A DNA stretch of 64,000 nt. Source: Octopus sinensis (taxonomy: Eukaryota). A program made the translations under genes and the position numbers. The stretch lies in contig NC_042999.1 of NCBI RefSeq assembly GCF_006345805.1, forward strand, positions 69,068,001-69,132,000. Direction: 5' to 3'. The notes under the pieces are model-generated. The model saw only the letters and a list, made by a program, of their open reading frames with translations. It searched no databases and was not told the origin of the DNA. Below, piece after piece: positions 25,081 through 39,124 of this stretch. The first letter of the stretch is position 1; each line of letters opens with the position of its first letter.

Positions 25081-27110
25081 TAATCTCCTGCAAACCATAA
25101 TCATCATTTGAAGTTTGTTTTCCATGCAGGCATGGGTTGGACGGTTCGGCAGAAGTTAGCAAGCCTGAGAGCTGCACCATGCTCCAGTTGTCATGGTTTA
25201 TACTGCTGGATGCCCTTCCTAATGCCAACCACTTTACAGAGTGTATTGAGTGCTTTATTATACGGCCCCATCATGAGTGCTTTATACATAGCACAGTATG
25301 TCCTACTATATCAAAATGGATGATCACATTGGGTAATGTAGTGTCTGATACAGTATAGCTGAAAATAAAGGGTTGATCATTGCTGAAATTACCCCAAAGC
25401 AGGAAGAATTATTTAGATGGTTTCCATGATGTTTCTGTTGACAAAATTTCATTGATATGGGTGTGGTTGACATAAAATCATGATAGAAGATACTTGCCTA
25501 AGGCACCACGAAATAGGATGGAACCTGAACCCTCATGGTTGAGAAGCTAATTTATTAACTACATAGTCAGGCCTGCATCGATAACCAGTTGGAAATTCAA
25601 TATCTCAAAGGTCATTGATATTCTCACCCCAATAATTTTATTTTTTTATCAATATTTATTGATATTTTCCCAAACTTACAGTTCAATAATTCATCAATAA
25701 AGATCTGTTCATATCAGAAATATGGATACTGATGCAAATAAAGAATGCAGAGAATGGAGGAAATTGGAAATCTATGGATGTAGGTGTGACTATGTGGTTG
25801 AGAAGCTTGCTTCCCAATCATGTGGTCTTGGGTTCAATCCCACTGTGTGCCTAGCCAATTTGGTAGGCAGAAACTGAATGAAGCCTCTATATATGTGTGT
25901 GTGTGTGCGCGTGTGTGTGCATGCGCGTGTGTGTGTGTGTGTGTGTGCATGCACGTGTGTGTGTGTGTGCGTGTGTGTGCATGCGCGCGTGTGTGTGTGT
26001 GTGTGTGTGTCTGTGTGTCTGTCTTGAGATCGTGTGATAGATGAAATAAGAGTCACTTAGCAACCACATGGTTCTGGGTTCAGTCCCACTGTATGGCACC
26101 TTGAGCAAGTGTCTTCTACTATAGCCTCGGGTCGACCAAAGCCTTGTGAGTGGATTTGGTAGACGGAAACTGAAAGAAGCCCATCGTATATATATATGTG
26201 TGCATGTGTGTGTGTGTGTTAATGTGCGTAAACACACCGATGCTGGTGTGTTTACGCCCCCATAACTTAGCAATTCGGCAAAAGAGACCGATAGAATAAG
26301 TACTAGGCTAACAAACAATAAGTCCTGGGGTCGATTTGTTCGACTAAAGGCAGTGCTCCATCATGGCCACAGTCAAACGACTGAAATAAGTAAAAGAGTA
26401 AGAGTATATCAAGCCATGGGAAAATATCACCTTTGCTTGGAAACAGGTGAGGGTTGGTGACAGGAAGGGCATCTGGTCATAAAAAGTCTGCCTCAGCAAA
26501 TTCCATCTGATCCATGCATGCCAGTATGGAAAATTGGACATTAAACGGTGGTGGTGATGATGATAAGGACACAGTTTCAATTTCCATTACTAATTTTGCT
26601 ATATGGAAAATTCTCAGATCTCAGTTTTTTATTCAATTTTGTCCATATATACATCACGTTTATGGAATAGAAGCAACACGAAATTCTATTTTATTCCCTT
26701 ATGAACATAGAGCTGTTATGATTCCAATATTTTACAACAAAATTGTACTTCCATGTTTTATCAAAGAAATTGTGGAATTCTATGACCAAATTGATAATTC
26801 ACTCAGTCTCTCTGTCAGTGATTTTTGATTCTGATCTGAGGTGTTTGGCAAACACACTGAAAACGAAAGTATATGAAACTAATAAAAGATCTATTTTCTT
26901 CATTGAATACTTTCTTCTTTGATATTTGCAGAAATGATTTATAAAGGGTATCTCTCACTGAAATGGTTTAGAACCATATCAAAATAAAGCAATAGAGTTG
27001 CTGAGCTTAAATCAAATCAATGCCTGTACAGCCATTCCTCTAAGTGGGGACTTTCAGACAGATTTGCATTCATTAATGCATAATTTTGTTTTTTTATTTA
27101 TATATATATA

Positions 27111-27290
27111 TATTGGGTCATCCCATAAATAATGCAGCTTTTCTGATTGCACGAACTAAAAGTCAGAGAGAGACAGGATAAACTACCTGCATCAACTTGC
27201 TATAAAAACAGGGAGTAATTTTATTTTGTCTTTATTCTTAGTGCAAGTTTTGAAGAATGCAGTTCGATTTTAACAGTTATTTTTAACATT
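27111..27290 (+). mobile_element. Mariner-like terminal fragment
   Basis: Begins tattgggtcatcccataaataatgc after TA, typical of a mariner TIR. Confidence 0.5.
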
Positions 27291-28200
27291 TCTTCTCTTC
27301 CTCACATGTTCTCCTTCATACATTATGCCTACCTCTCACTCCCCAATCCTGTCCTCATGGCCCTGTTCCTCTGTATCATTGCTATCTTGTAGCTCCCCCA
27401 CAACAACTCTATAAATACCCAGGTTTTCACCGCTCGCCCCCACCCTGCACTCTTTAATGACACTTCCTTCGCAATATCCTGCCGCTTATATTATGGCATT
27501 TCGAACCTCAAGGGTATGCTCTGGCACTTGCCACCATCTATATCTCTTTCTTCCTTTACTCAACCATCCCTTTTATATTCTGATCCCTGTACCCTGAGAG
27601 TATGCCTGACACTTTGCCACCATCTCTATACTGCTGTCCCCCACTCTCTCTCTCTCCTTCTCCTGCACTTCCTTCAGGTTGGGTAACCATGTATATCCTT
27701 TGTGGCAGCACACCTCTTTCTGTCTTCATTCCTGATCTCTCTCTCTCTCTCTCTGGCCGGGTAACCGTGTAGCTCCTCTACAGCAAGACACCTGTTTCTG
27801 TCTCTTTGTCACACTCTAACCTTTCATCATCTGACACAAGGTCACCTCCTCCATTGCCTCCTCCCCACTCAAAAGACTTTTGCCTTGCAAATACTTGGTG
27901 ACCCCGTCAGCGCAGATGCCACTTAAAAGCACCCAGTCCACACTGTAAAGTGGTTGGCATTTGGAAGGGCATCTAGCTGTAAAAACCTTGCCAAGACTGA
28001 CCTTGCCTGTGCTTGGGCCACGTAAAAAGCACCCTATCCACTCTGTTGGGTGGTTGATGTTAGGAAGGGCACCCAGCTATAAAAATCCTACCAAAACAGT
28101 CACAGAAACCTGGTTCAGGCTTTTGCCTGGCTGGCTCCTGTCAAACCATCCCACCCATGCCAGCATGGAAGGCAGACATTAAACAATGATGATGATGATA
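27291..28200 (+). mobile_element. RTE-LINE 3' UTR/tail fragment
   Basis: Similar to 15285-15360; ends in the shared tail tcaaacc..ccatgccagcatggaa..cattaaa-(GAT)n. Confidence 0.55.
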
Positions 28201-28606
28201 ATGAGTGGATTTGAGCAACGTGAAATAAAGTGTTTTGTTCAAGGACACAAACCACTGCCAACAATTGAACTCACAACCTTACAGTTGCGAACCTAATACC
28301 TTACCACTAAGCCACAGGCTGTTACCAAAGCGTGCCATTATCCACATTGCAGCAATTCCAAAACTAACTCTTACAGTATTGAGACATTGTGGAATTACTT
28401 AAAATTGTAGTAATAACACAGCTAAGTCCTACGGTATTTTCTAGAAGCTGTGAATTTGCTATTTATTGTCATCTAAAACCGTTTCATTGTTTCCTGTTGA
28501 TCATTGACATTTCTGTTTGGTTAATGAAGTGGACAGAGGGGAAGAGGAAGAGGAGGAAATCACTGACATTTTTGTCTCGATGACCACAATATATATGTGT
28601 ATATAA

Positions 28607-28638
<32 letters not shown>

Positions 28639-28642
<4 letters not shown>

Positions 28643-29009
28643 GGCAAATATACGTCACGATGTGTTGCCGCTACTGTTTATAACTCGCTCTGAGATTTAT
28701 CATTGTTTGATTTCACTTTTTCAATATCAGTGTCAATCGATACTGGAAAAAGTATATGTATTTGTGAGGGGAACTGACTTCTCATCGACAACTATGATTG
28801 TCACACGCCGATGATAGGTCAATACCTTGAAACTCGAGTCCGTGTGTATCGTAAGTTGAAGACGGGAAGGATGACTTCCCTTCACAAATACTGATAGGGC
28901 ACAGAAAGTGTGTCTATAGCCAGCTGGAGGAGGTGTCTTCCTGGGGCTACAAACTACAGTAGCATCCACCCTTAGGGGTTGGCCATATTCAAATGGCAAA
29001 TATACGTCA

Positions 29010-29013
<4 letters not shown>
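28639..29013 (+). mobile_element. Retrozyme-like monomer (352-bp unit + 23-bp terminal direct repeat) in (TA)n
   Basis: aaatggcaaatatacgtcacgat occurs at 28639-28661 and 28991-29013. TA tracts lie on both sides and there is an internal hammerhead. Confidence 0.78.
28802..28846 (+). ncRNA. Minimal type I hammerhead ribozyme (core CCGAUGA)
   Basis: CACACG-CCGAUGA-U AGG(UCAAUA)CCU U-GAAA-CUCGAG-UC-CGUGUG; 6-bp stem I, palindromic stem III ACUCGAGU, GUC site. Confidence 0.8.
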
Positions 29014-29048
<35 letters not shown>

Positions 29049-29516
29049 TGAGCATGTGTGTACATCTATATATATGTGTACATCTAGATATATATATGCG
29101 TATACCTACCTATCTACACATAAATACATATATTTGTGTGTGTGTGTGTGTACACACATATTTAATGTAGTCGTTGGTTATGGCTGATCAGAAAGTTACC
29201 ATTGGTTTCATGTCTATTATTGCTCTTAGCAATATGGGTAACTCAACAGACCTGCTAGCTGGAGGCACATAACCTCTTTACTAATGGAGGTAAGAATACA
29301 ATCTTTGTGTGTGTGTATATATATATATAACATTACCACCATCATCATCATCATCATCATTTAACATACCTGTTCCATGCTAGCATGGGTGGGATGGTAC
29401 CACAAAATCTGGCCAGGTCGAAGCCTGCACCAGACTTCTCTGACTGTTTTGACAGAATTTTTACAGCTGGATGCCCTTCCTAACACTGACCACTCAGCAG
29501 AGTGGACTAAGTGCTT

Positions 29517-29562
<46 letters not shown>

Positions 29563-29641
29563 TGTATGTATGTATGTATGTATGTATGTATGTATGTATG
29601 TATGTATGTATGTATGTATGTATGTATGTATGTATGTATGT
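29517..29641. repeat. (TA)n-(TATG)n microsatellite
   Basis: Direct inspection. Confidence 0.95.
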
Positions 29642-31334
29642 TGGACAACATATTTATATATATGAGGTAAAGGAGTTTTCACCATGAAATATAAAAATAC
29701 AATTTTGTTTTGTTTTCATTTCCTTTTGTGATTTACTTTTTACCTTCTCGCATCATTCCAACCTTACACAACAAGCTCTCTTATATATATATATATATTT
29801 ATACACACATACATAGATACATAAGTTTATGTATACATACATGTGTGAGTGTGTGTGTGTGTGTGTGCATGGGTGTGCCACATAAAATGCAGCTGTGCTG
29901 GCACGACATAAAACACTCTTGTGCTGGTGCCTCATGAAAGCATCCAGTACAGTCTGTAAAGTAGTTGGCATTAGGAAGGGCATCCAAGCTGTTGAAACCA
30001 TACCAAGTAGACAATGGAACCTGATACAGCCCTCTGGCTTACCAGCTGCTCTCAAACCATCCTATCCATGATGGAAAACGGATGTTAGACGATGATGATG
30101 ATGATGATGATGATCTATGTATGTATGTATGTATGTATGTATGTATGTATGTATGTATGTTCCAGTGTCAAAAGTTTACATGCCATGATAAGAATTCACT
30201 AGAATTATAAAGAATACTGGCATCACTAGTGCCATTTATTGATTTTACTCTGGATGAGATGAACCCTGGTTGTGTTGCCTCCCCACCTGAATACATAAAC
30301 CACTTTCTCTTGGTTGCATGTGTCACTCAAAGTTCTTTATATTCATTCCTGCAGCTGTTTTCACAATCAATATCCCAGGAATTTACTTTTCACAGAAGCA
30401 TTAACTCAAAGAAAGAAAACAAATAAAGAAGTAAAATAACTAAACAAAACTAAACATGCTTTAAAGTATATTGAGCTGTTATTTATTTAATCCAGGTGAG
30501 TGGATGTTAAAACAAACATTCTCTTCAGACTGACGCCAATATTTGGTATCTCACTTCCATAAAGTTTTAAAACATGAAATCCATTAGTAAAATTGTTGGA
30601 AATCAAAGAATCATAAAATGGATTGATTCTTTTTTAAAGGAGATCAATAATGAAAATATTCGTTTTTAACAGTTTTGGTTCTCAGGTGAGAGACTTAATT
30701 CATCACATGCTTTCAAGTCCCACCCTGCCTACCCCATGGTACCTTTACCAGAGTCTTCTCCATTGTTACTTTCAGGTTGGGTCGCAACTCTGAGTACAAC
30801 TTCTTATGCACAAAACATGCATTGGTACCAAAGATTGACTAACAGAGGAAAAGGAATTCATATGCAAGCATGGCTGTGTGGTAAGAAGCTTGCTTCCCAA
30901 CCACATGGTTCTGGGCTCAATCTTACTGTGTGGTATCTTGGACAAGTAGCACCTACTATAGCCTCAGACCAAACAAAGCCTTGTAAGTGGATTTAGTAGA
31001 CAGAAACTGGAAGAAGCCCATCATATATGTGTGTATGTGTGTGTGCGCGTGTGACTTTATGTCTATGTTTATCCCCTATAATCGCTTCACAACCAGTGTT
31101 GATGTGTTTACATCCCCGTAACTTAGCACTTAAGCAAAAGATATCAATAGAATAAATAACAGGCTTAAAACAATTAAAATAATTAGCCTTGCGGTTGATT
31201 TGTTTGACTAAAACCCTTCAAGGTGGTGCCCCAGTATGACCACAGTCAAATGACTAACACAAGTAAAAGATTAAAGATAATGTAGAAAATGGCTAGGAGT
31301 AGGTTAGCCATGAGAGCATCTTTGAAATGAATTA

Positions 31335-31562
31335 TTTCAAATGTCCAGAGAGTTCCCAGGAAGTTTTTCACAGCTTCAGTCATCTAAGAGATAGAACCAA
31401 CAATGGAGGAGTGTGCTCTGAAAGTAGAGTAGCCTCAATAAGAGCAGGATGGAGAAAGAGCAGGGAGCTATTACTTCTGTTGCAACAATTGTATTTTCAG
31501 TTTCAGTGAAGGGGAGATTGTACTATGTTTGTGTACGAAGTGTGATATTATATGGCAGTGAG
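31335..31562 (+). mobile_element. RTE LINE RT C-terminal fragment
   Basis: GGVCSESRVASIRAGWRKSRELL...KGRLYYVCVRSVILYGSE. Confidence 0.7.
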
Positions 31563-33921
31563 TTAAGGCATATGGCTACATGGTTAGGGTATTTGGATCA
31601 CAATCATAAGGTCATGAATTTAATTCCTGGCAGTGAGTCATGTCCTTAAGCAAGACACTATCTTTCATATTGTTCCAGTTCACTCATCTGGCTAAAATGA
31701 GTAACAGCTGTATTTTGAAGGGCCAGACTTGTCACACTCTGTGTCATGCTAAATCTCCCTGAGAACTATGTTAAGGGAATGCATGTCTGTGGAGTACTCA
31801 GCCACTTGCATATTAATTTGATGAGCAAGCTGTTCTACTGATTGGATCAACTGGAGCCCTCATTGTCTTAACCAATGGAGTGCCTGTTTACGGTGGTGAA
31901 AGATGAACGTGAACATGGAAAATGTTTGAAGACCAGAAAGAAATGAAATGATTATGGTATGCTGGATGTTAATATACATGAATGAAGGATGGCAGTTAGA
32001 TGAAGAAATGGAAAGTGATCCAAGTTTGCAACAAGGAAGGGCAAAGAAGATATTGGGAGAAATGGTGAAAAATCATATCAGGAGGTGAGTTTGAGGAAGG
32101 GGATGTTGAAGGACCACAAGAATGGTGAGACACTTTGATGGAAAAGACAATGCCAAACCATGTAATCTTGAAAAAAAAAAGAAAAACAAGGATGTAATAT
32201 GATGATAAACATGATTATTGTGATGATGATGATGATGACGATGATCCTTTCTGAAATTTGCAGGGAGGGAGTAAGCCGATTACATCACTCCCATTGCGTA
32301 ACTGGTACTTATTTAATCAACCCCGAAAGGATGAAAGGCAAAGTCAACCTCAGTGGGATTTAAACTCAGAATGTAAAGATGGATGAAACACCGCTAAGCA
32401 TTTCGCCTGGCGTGCAAACGATTCTGCCACCTTGCCACCTTCCATATGATGATAATAATGACAATAATGAGGATGATGTGATGATGATGATGACAGTGAT
32501 TATGCTGATGATGATAAGGACAGTGATAAACACACTGATGATAACAATGATTCTGTTGCTGCTGATGATGATGTCAATGATGACAATGACGATGACAGTG
32601 ATGATGATGATGATGATGGTTATGATGATAATGATGGTTATGACAATGATGACAGCAATTTATGAAATAAGCTATCACGACACATACTTAATATTTTATC
32701 TCACTCCGTAATCTAATAAATCTATCTTATTCTGAGATATCAACAAGCTTTGGTAATGCCAGTGTCAGATTCAATGATACATCAGCAATGAATAAAGAGA
32801 GACAAATCATTAATTAAGTAGAAATGGCGCCATGTTTTATAGTAAGCCAGGTTCTGAGTGATTTGTTAGAAAAATTATAATGTTCGATATTCTCAAAAAA
32901 TACCGTTATTATAATAACTAGGGCGTTACCTGTCATAGGATGGGAAATTCTGGAAGTATATGTTTGCCACCATGGACAATATCAGCAAATATGAAATACA
33001 AGCACAGGAGTGGCTGTGTTGTAAGAAGTTTGCTTCCCAACCACATGGTTCTGGGTTCAGTTCCACAGCATGTCAGCCTCCAGCTGATGAAAGCCTTGTG
33101 AGTCAAATTTAGTAAACGGAAACTGAAAGAATCCTGTTGTGTGTGTGTGTGTCTTTGGGTCTGCATTTGTCCCCCACTACTGCTTGACAACCAGTGTCGG
33201 TGTGTTTACATCCCTGTAATTAAGCAGTTTGGCAAAAGACACAAATAGAATAAGTAATGGGGTAGATTCGTTCAATTAAAATTTCTCAAGGTGGTGCCCC
33301 AGCATGGCCTCAGTCTATTGAGTGAAACAAATAAAAGGATTAACTGATAAATACAATAACTACAATTTAACTTTTATCAAATTTATTGATGCTTATGATG
33401 AAATTAATAATAATTTTCAAAAAAAAAAAATACTTGTTACTTTAAAATAAAATTTAATAAAATAACACAATGATGTACAAACTCATTGTTCATATGTTCT
33501 GGCAGGTCAGGGTGGCAACATGGCAGAATTGTTACACACCAAGAAAAATGCTTAGCAGCACTTAATCCGTCTTTATAATCATCATCATCATTGTTATCAT
33601 CATTTAGCGTCTGTTGTCCATGCTGGCATGGGTTGGATGGTTTGACCAGAGCTGGCACACTGGAAGGCTGTGCTACACTCCAGTCTGATTTGGCATGGTT
33701 TTCTATGGCTTGATGCCCTTCCTAATGCCAACCACTCTGAGAGTGCAATGAGTGCTTTTACATGCCACTGGCATGGGTGACATTTGCATGAAACCAGGGT
33801 GCTTTTACATGCCACCAGCATAGATGCCATTTGTATGACACTGGTGTCTACCATGATTGTGATTTTTGCTCGGCTTGATGAGTCTTCTTCTCAAGCACGA
33901 CGCAATGGCAAAGGCCTTGGT

Positions 33922-34082
33922 CTTTGCCTCTGTGAGGCCCAACACTTGAAAGGAACTCAGCCACTTTCCTCCATGAGGCCCAATGCTCGAAAGAAACTCA
34001 GCCACCCCACCTCCATAAAGCCCAACACTTGGACACTCGAAAGGAACTCAGTCACTTTGCCTCTGTGAGGCCCAACATTCAA
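33922..34082. repeat. ~40-bp tandem repeat (gaaaggaactcagccactttgcctcc...cccaacact), ~4 copies; also 49945-50020
   Basis: Direct inspection. Confidence 0.75.
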
Positions 34083-35391
34083 AGGATGTTCTTTATGTGT
34101 CACAATCTGAGTTCAAATTCTGCCAAGGTTGACTTTGCCTTTCATCCTTTTGGGATTGATAAAATAAGTACCAGATGAGCACTGAGCTCACAGTAATCAC
34201 CTTATACCCTTCTCCAAACTGGCCTTGTGCCAAATTTGACACCAATATATTCTGGTAGATCCAAACTCAAATATGCTACAAAATTGTCTACAGAAAATGA
34301 ACTGATTGCTCACTAGTAATGCACCCTGGCATTGCCCGGGTATTATAAACTACAACTATATTGCATTATTTGTTCCTTTCATTATTTGTTCCTTTCTCAA
34401 CCACACAGTCATTCTTTCACCTAATATGTGTGTGTATTTACATTTCTTGTTTAATCGACTATTTATTTCTTTATTGCCTACAGGGGAGCTAAACATAGAG
34501 GGGACAAACAAGGACAGACAAAGGGATTAAGTCGATTACATGAACTCCAGTGCGTAACTGTTACTTATTTAATTGACCCCGAAAGGATGAAAAGCAAAGT
34601 CAACCTTGATGGAATTTGAACTCAGAACATAAGGGCAGACAAAATAACACTAAACATTTCACCCGGCGTGCTAACAATTCTGCCAGCTTGCCGCCCTTTG
34701 AATTGAGTACCATGTCTCATTATGTCCCAAAGTTAGCAGTTCATCAAGCAGAGATCTATAAAATAAATACTATATTGAAATATGTACTGAGGTCAGAATT
34801 ATCAATTAGAGTTTTGAAGGTGATATTCCATCATGGCGACAGTTGAAAGACTAAACCCAGTAGAATAATGTTTAAAGACTTAATGGATTCAAATTTAAGG
34901 TAATGGATTACTAATAACTCTTTTGATACCTCATATGTCAAAATCAACAATTCAGTTTCGAATCCATAAGGAACACACACACATACACACACACAACCTC
35001 TGTTTTATTACATCATCAACATCAACATCAACAGCAATATCAAAATCAAATCGAATGGAAATTGTAGTTATGAGCCCCATGCTGGTAGCACATAAAAAGC
35101 ACCTACTACACTCTTGGAGTGGTTGGCATTAGGAAGGGCATCCAGCTGTAGAAACACTGCCAGATCAGATTGGGGCCTGGTGCAGCCTCCTTGCTTCCCA
35201 GACTCCAGTCAAACCATCCAACCCATGCCGGTATGGAAAACGGACGTTAACTAATGATGATGATGATGATGTTAAATGATGATGATGATGATAATGATGA
35301 TAAATATCATTATTTACCCCTCCTCTTCCTCCTGCTCCTCCTCTGTCTCTATAATTTTTTTGCATTCGCTGTGTCAGTGTTGCCAAATCTA

Positions 35392-35540
35392 ATACAAGGA
35401 GGTGCTGAAAAATTCCTGGCTTTAAGGGTATTGCAAGGTGCTTGACTGGAGGCCCAGCCTTCCCTCCAAGTTTTTTCACAGGACTTAGAAAAACTGAAGG
35501 ATTGTTGCAATGAGTGTGTGAATCTGAGAGGGGAATATGC
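35392..35540 (+). mobile_element. Mariner-derived short fragment
   Basis: TIR-like tacaaggaggtgctgaaaaattcc joined to the mariner C-terminus (GLEKLKDCCNECVNLRGEY). Confidence 0.6.
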
Positions 35541-36714
35541 CTATTAATTTATCTAAAGCAGAAACCAATATTTTCTGCTTCAAATTATCAGCAAAACATA
35601 CTGTTTGATACATTATTCAGAGAATCTGATACATTATTTTGAGAAAGCTCTTATTTATGATGTGTAATGATAACAGATGCGTTGTTTTAATAATGCTAAA
35701 AGACCTCTTTCACCAAAGATTGTCGTCTACAGAAGAAGTATTGAATAACATTTCAGATAACAATGGTTAGAAGGCAGAATGTTGTCAGCAGGTTTATGAA
35801 TTGTTTTTTCTCACAACAGGTAATGTTAGCAAACATAATGATGTGGAAGTTTTAAATATCAGCTCCTTAAACTGAAACACACACAAGCTTAATTATTAAT
35901 AAGCGTAGCAGAGATAGAAATACAAGGTGCATCAGAAAAACCTCTCGCTCTTGTTTCAATGTTTTGGCGCCAATGAAGTTAGACAAGTGGTAATGCTTTT
36001 ATCAATTTTCTTCCCCCCACCTTTATTACCATGCTTTGGGCCAGTGCACATCATTTATTCACAGTTGAAACATGTTTGTCAATCTGTAAAACAGGGGAAG
36101 ATTTTTGTACCTTATACATACATCCCTTCTATTCTTTTAATGCATTCTTTTCTTTTATTCTTTTATTTGTTTCAGTTATTTGACTGCAGCCATGCTGGAG
36201 CACTGCCTTTAGTCGAACAAATCAGCCCCAGGACTTATTCTTTGTAAGCCTAGTACTTATTCTATCGGTTTCTTTTGCTGAACTTAATCCCTTCATCTAT
36301 CCTTGTTTGTCCCCTCTATGTTTAGCCCCTTGTGAGCGATAAAGAAATAATAAACATTAGTATGCCAGGCAAAATGCTTGGCAGTATTTCGTCTGTCCTT
36401 ACATTCCGAGTTCAAATTCCGCCGAGGTCGACTTTGCCCTTCATCCTTTCGGGGTCGATAAATTAACTACCAGTTGCATACTAAGGGTTGTTCTAATCGA
36501 CTGGGCACCCCCTTCCCCCAAAATTTCGGGCCTTGTGCCTAGAGTAGAAAATATTATAAATTTGGTTCTATGAATTCTGCATACACCAACTGAATTCCAC
36601 ATGCATATTCAGTAAAAGGTGTATTCCTGCTGCATGATGGCACAATGCAGCAAATAACTATACAAGAGCTGTGACATGCATGCTATAAGGTTTATTATCC
36701 AGGTGACATTAAAC

Positions 36715-36751
<37 letters not shown>

Positions 36752-36759
36752 ATAAATTT

Positions 36760-37172
36760 ATATAAATAAGGATAAGATCTTTATATAAATTATATATTTA
36801 TTTCGTCATTATATTCACTGCGGTGTTATTCTGACCATATTGCACAAGGAGTTTTATGGCGGGCAATTTAAACTGGTCATGTGCATACGTGCATATATGT
36901 GTATGTATACACTTGTATATGTAAGTATATCGTATGTTGTATATATATATATATTTGTATTTATGTGCTATGTGAGTGTATTCCACTGATGAAGGCAAAG
37001 CATTTCTTATGCAAAGCCAGAAATCTGGGATCTGGAATTATACAGTAATTCTTTTACTAGTTTATTTTGTCTCTTTGTCTTCTCTCCTGGTGCTGTAATG
37101 TGGTTTTAGAGTCAAATTTTGACTGCTATTTCCTGTGTGGTTGTATCTCTTAGATACCCTAAATTATAATTT
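36760..37172 (+). mobile_element. (TA)n-flanked hammerhead module; family also present at 56838-56907 + 58695-58875 and ~62992-63113
   Basis: Ends tataaataaggataagat... / ...agataccctaaattataatt and internal blocks are shared with the other copies. Confidence 0.72.
36980..37038 (+). ncRNA. Type I hammerhead ribozyme
   Basis: AUUCCA-CUGAUGA-A GGC AAA GCAU(UUCUU)AUGC AAA GCC A-GAAA-UC(UGG)GA-UC-UGGAAU; cleavage after AUC. Confidence 0.8.
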
Positions 37173-37187
37173 ATATTTATATATATA

Positions 37188-37221
<34 letters not shown>

Positions 37222-38299
37222 TTAATGGATTTACGAATTTCCATACCAGCAGCAAACTAATAACTCTCCCATAAATTTATTCTGGAAGATGGGAACAATA
37301 AGCGTTTGCCAGAATAAACAGCATTGAAGATTTTATGAGCACATTCGAAAACATTTCACATAAACGGACTTAAAGGATATTTCTTATTGTCAGTTTGTTG
37401 TTCATAATTTGGAGACAAAAGCACACAATATAAACAACAGAACAGATATATTTATATTGTCAAGCAACCTGTTATTGGTCTTGGTATACAAATGATGAGA
37501 ATGTTACTATTACATTCTGTGGCCATTTTTGTCCGAAGAGGTGTCTATACTAAGTAGTGGCAGTATTCAATGTGAAACATTCTGACCAGAAACATTCTGA
37601 CCAGTTAGATGCCATAGCTAGTAATGTATGTATGTGTGTGTGGTGTGTGTGTGTGTGTGTGTTGTGTGGGTGGGTGTGTGTTTGTGTGTAAGTGTATTAA
37701 ATATTCCACCAACTGAATGTGGCTGATGCCAATAACACCCGACTGGCTCTTGTGCTGGTGGCACGTAAAAAGCACCATCTGAATGTGGAGAGTATCAGTA
37801 CCTGCTGACTGGCCCCCATGCAGGTGACATGTAAAAAGAACAATCAGAACGGGATCGATGCCAGGCCTGCATGACTAGCTCCTGTGCCAGTGGTACATAA
37901 AAAGCACATACTACACTGTCAGAGTGGTTGGCATTAGGATGGGCATCCAGCTGTAGAAACACTGCCAGATCAGATTGGGGCCTGGTGCAGCATCCTGGCT
38001 TCCCAGACACCAGTCGAACTGTCCAACCCATGCCAGCATGGAAAATGGACGTTAACCGATGATGATGATGATGATCTAAGACAGTTCTTGTTGATGGACG
38101 TAGATGACACAAAAAAAAATAAAGTGGATATATGATATATATTTAAGTTGATATGTGATATATTTAACTCTGAAGAAGAAATCAATAAGACATAAGACAA
38201 ACTTAAGAAGTGTGTGTGTGTGCACACGTACGGGTTAGTGTTTGTGTGGGTGTGTGTTTGTGCGTGTGTATGTGTATTTGTGTGTGTATGTGTGTTGGT

Positions 38300-38667
38300 G
38301 TGTATGTGTGTTTGTGCCGGTTTACACTTATGAGTGAGTGTGTATGTGTGTTTGTGCCGGTGTACACTTATGAGTGAGTGTGTATGTGTGTTTGTGTCCG
38401 TGTACACTTATGAGTGAGTGTGTATGTGTTTTTGTGTCAGTGTACACTTATGAGCGAGTGTGTATGTGTGTTTGTGCCGGTGTACACTTATGAGTGAATG
38501 TGTATGTGTGTTTGTGTCAGTGTACACTTATGAGTGAGTGTGTATGTGTGTTTGTGCCGGTGTACACTTATGAGTGAGTGTGTATGTGTGTTTGTGCCGG
38601 TGTACACTTATGAGTGAGTGTGTATGTGTGCTTGTGCCTGTGTACACTTATGAGTGAGTGTGTATGA
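38300..38667. repeat. 40-bp minisatellite, ~9 copies
   Basis: Unit tgtacacttatgagtgagtgtgtatgtgtgtttgtgccgg at 40-bp period from 38321 to 38641. Confidence 0.95.
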
Positions 38668-39124
38668 GAATAAGTGCATGAATATGTGAGGATGTCTGCA
38701 TATATGTTTATGTCAGTAAGGAAATGTAATAAGACCGCATGCATATGTCTGACTGTATGTATGTATTTGTGCTGTACACAAGATACGGCTATTGCATTGT
38801 TTAAATAGTTGTTGTTGTTGCTGCTGCAATTGTTGTTGTTATAGTTGCTGTTGTTGTTGCTACAGTTGTTGGTAAAGTTGTTCATTGTACCTCAGTATAT
38901 CCAACCCAAACCTAATTAACAAAAAATATAATTAGTATTTTCTTCCTTAATTTACTCTTCCTATGCATATGTACAACCATTTTAAATAAAAACAATTTAA
39001 AGTTGCTCTATTTTCCCAATTTTGCCTAATGAATGTTTCATTCACAAAAACAGTTAATGACATAAATTTACAAATACTAATTAACCCCAAATTTGAGTTA
39101 AAAATTATCCCCAGAGAATATGAC

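Noticed and set aside
26570-26900. Possible host terminal exon on minus (gttttcag acceptor near 26858); other unique AT-rich islands at 30470-30690, 32700-33000, 35540-36130, 50760-51030
   Set aside because: Only short open frames, no recognisable protein motif and no consistent exon chain; cannot be supported without RNA-seq or homology.
37220-37450. TA-flanked unique segment checked for a hammerhead (minus-strand CUGACAA...GAAA)
   Set aside because: The core is mismatched and no stem I pairing was found.
38300-38667. Regular 40-bp array resembling CRISPR
   Set aside because: Units are contiguous with no unique spacers, there are no cas genes, and the context is eukaryotic.
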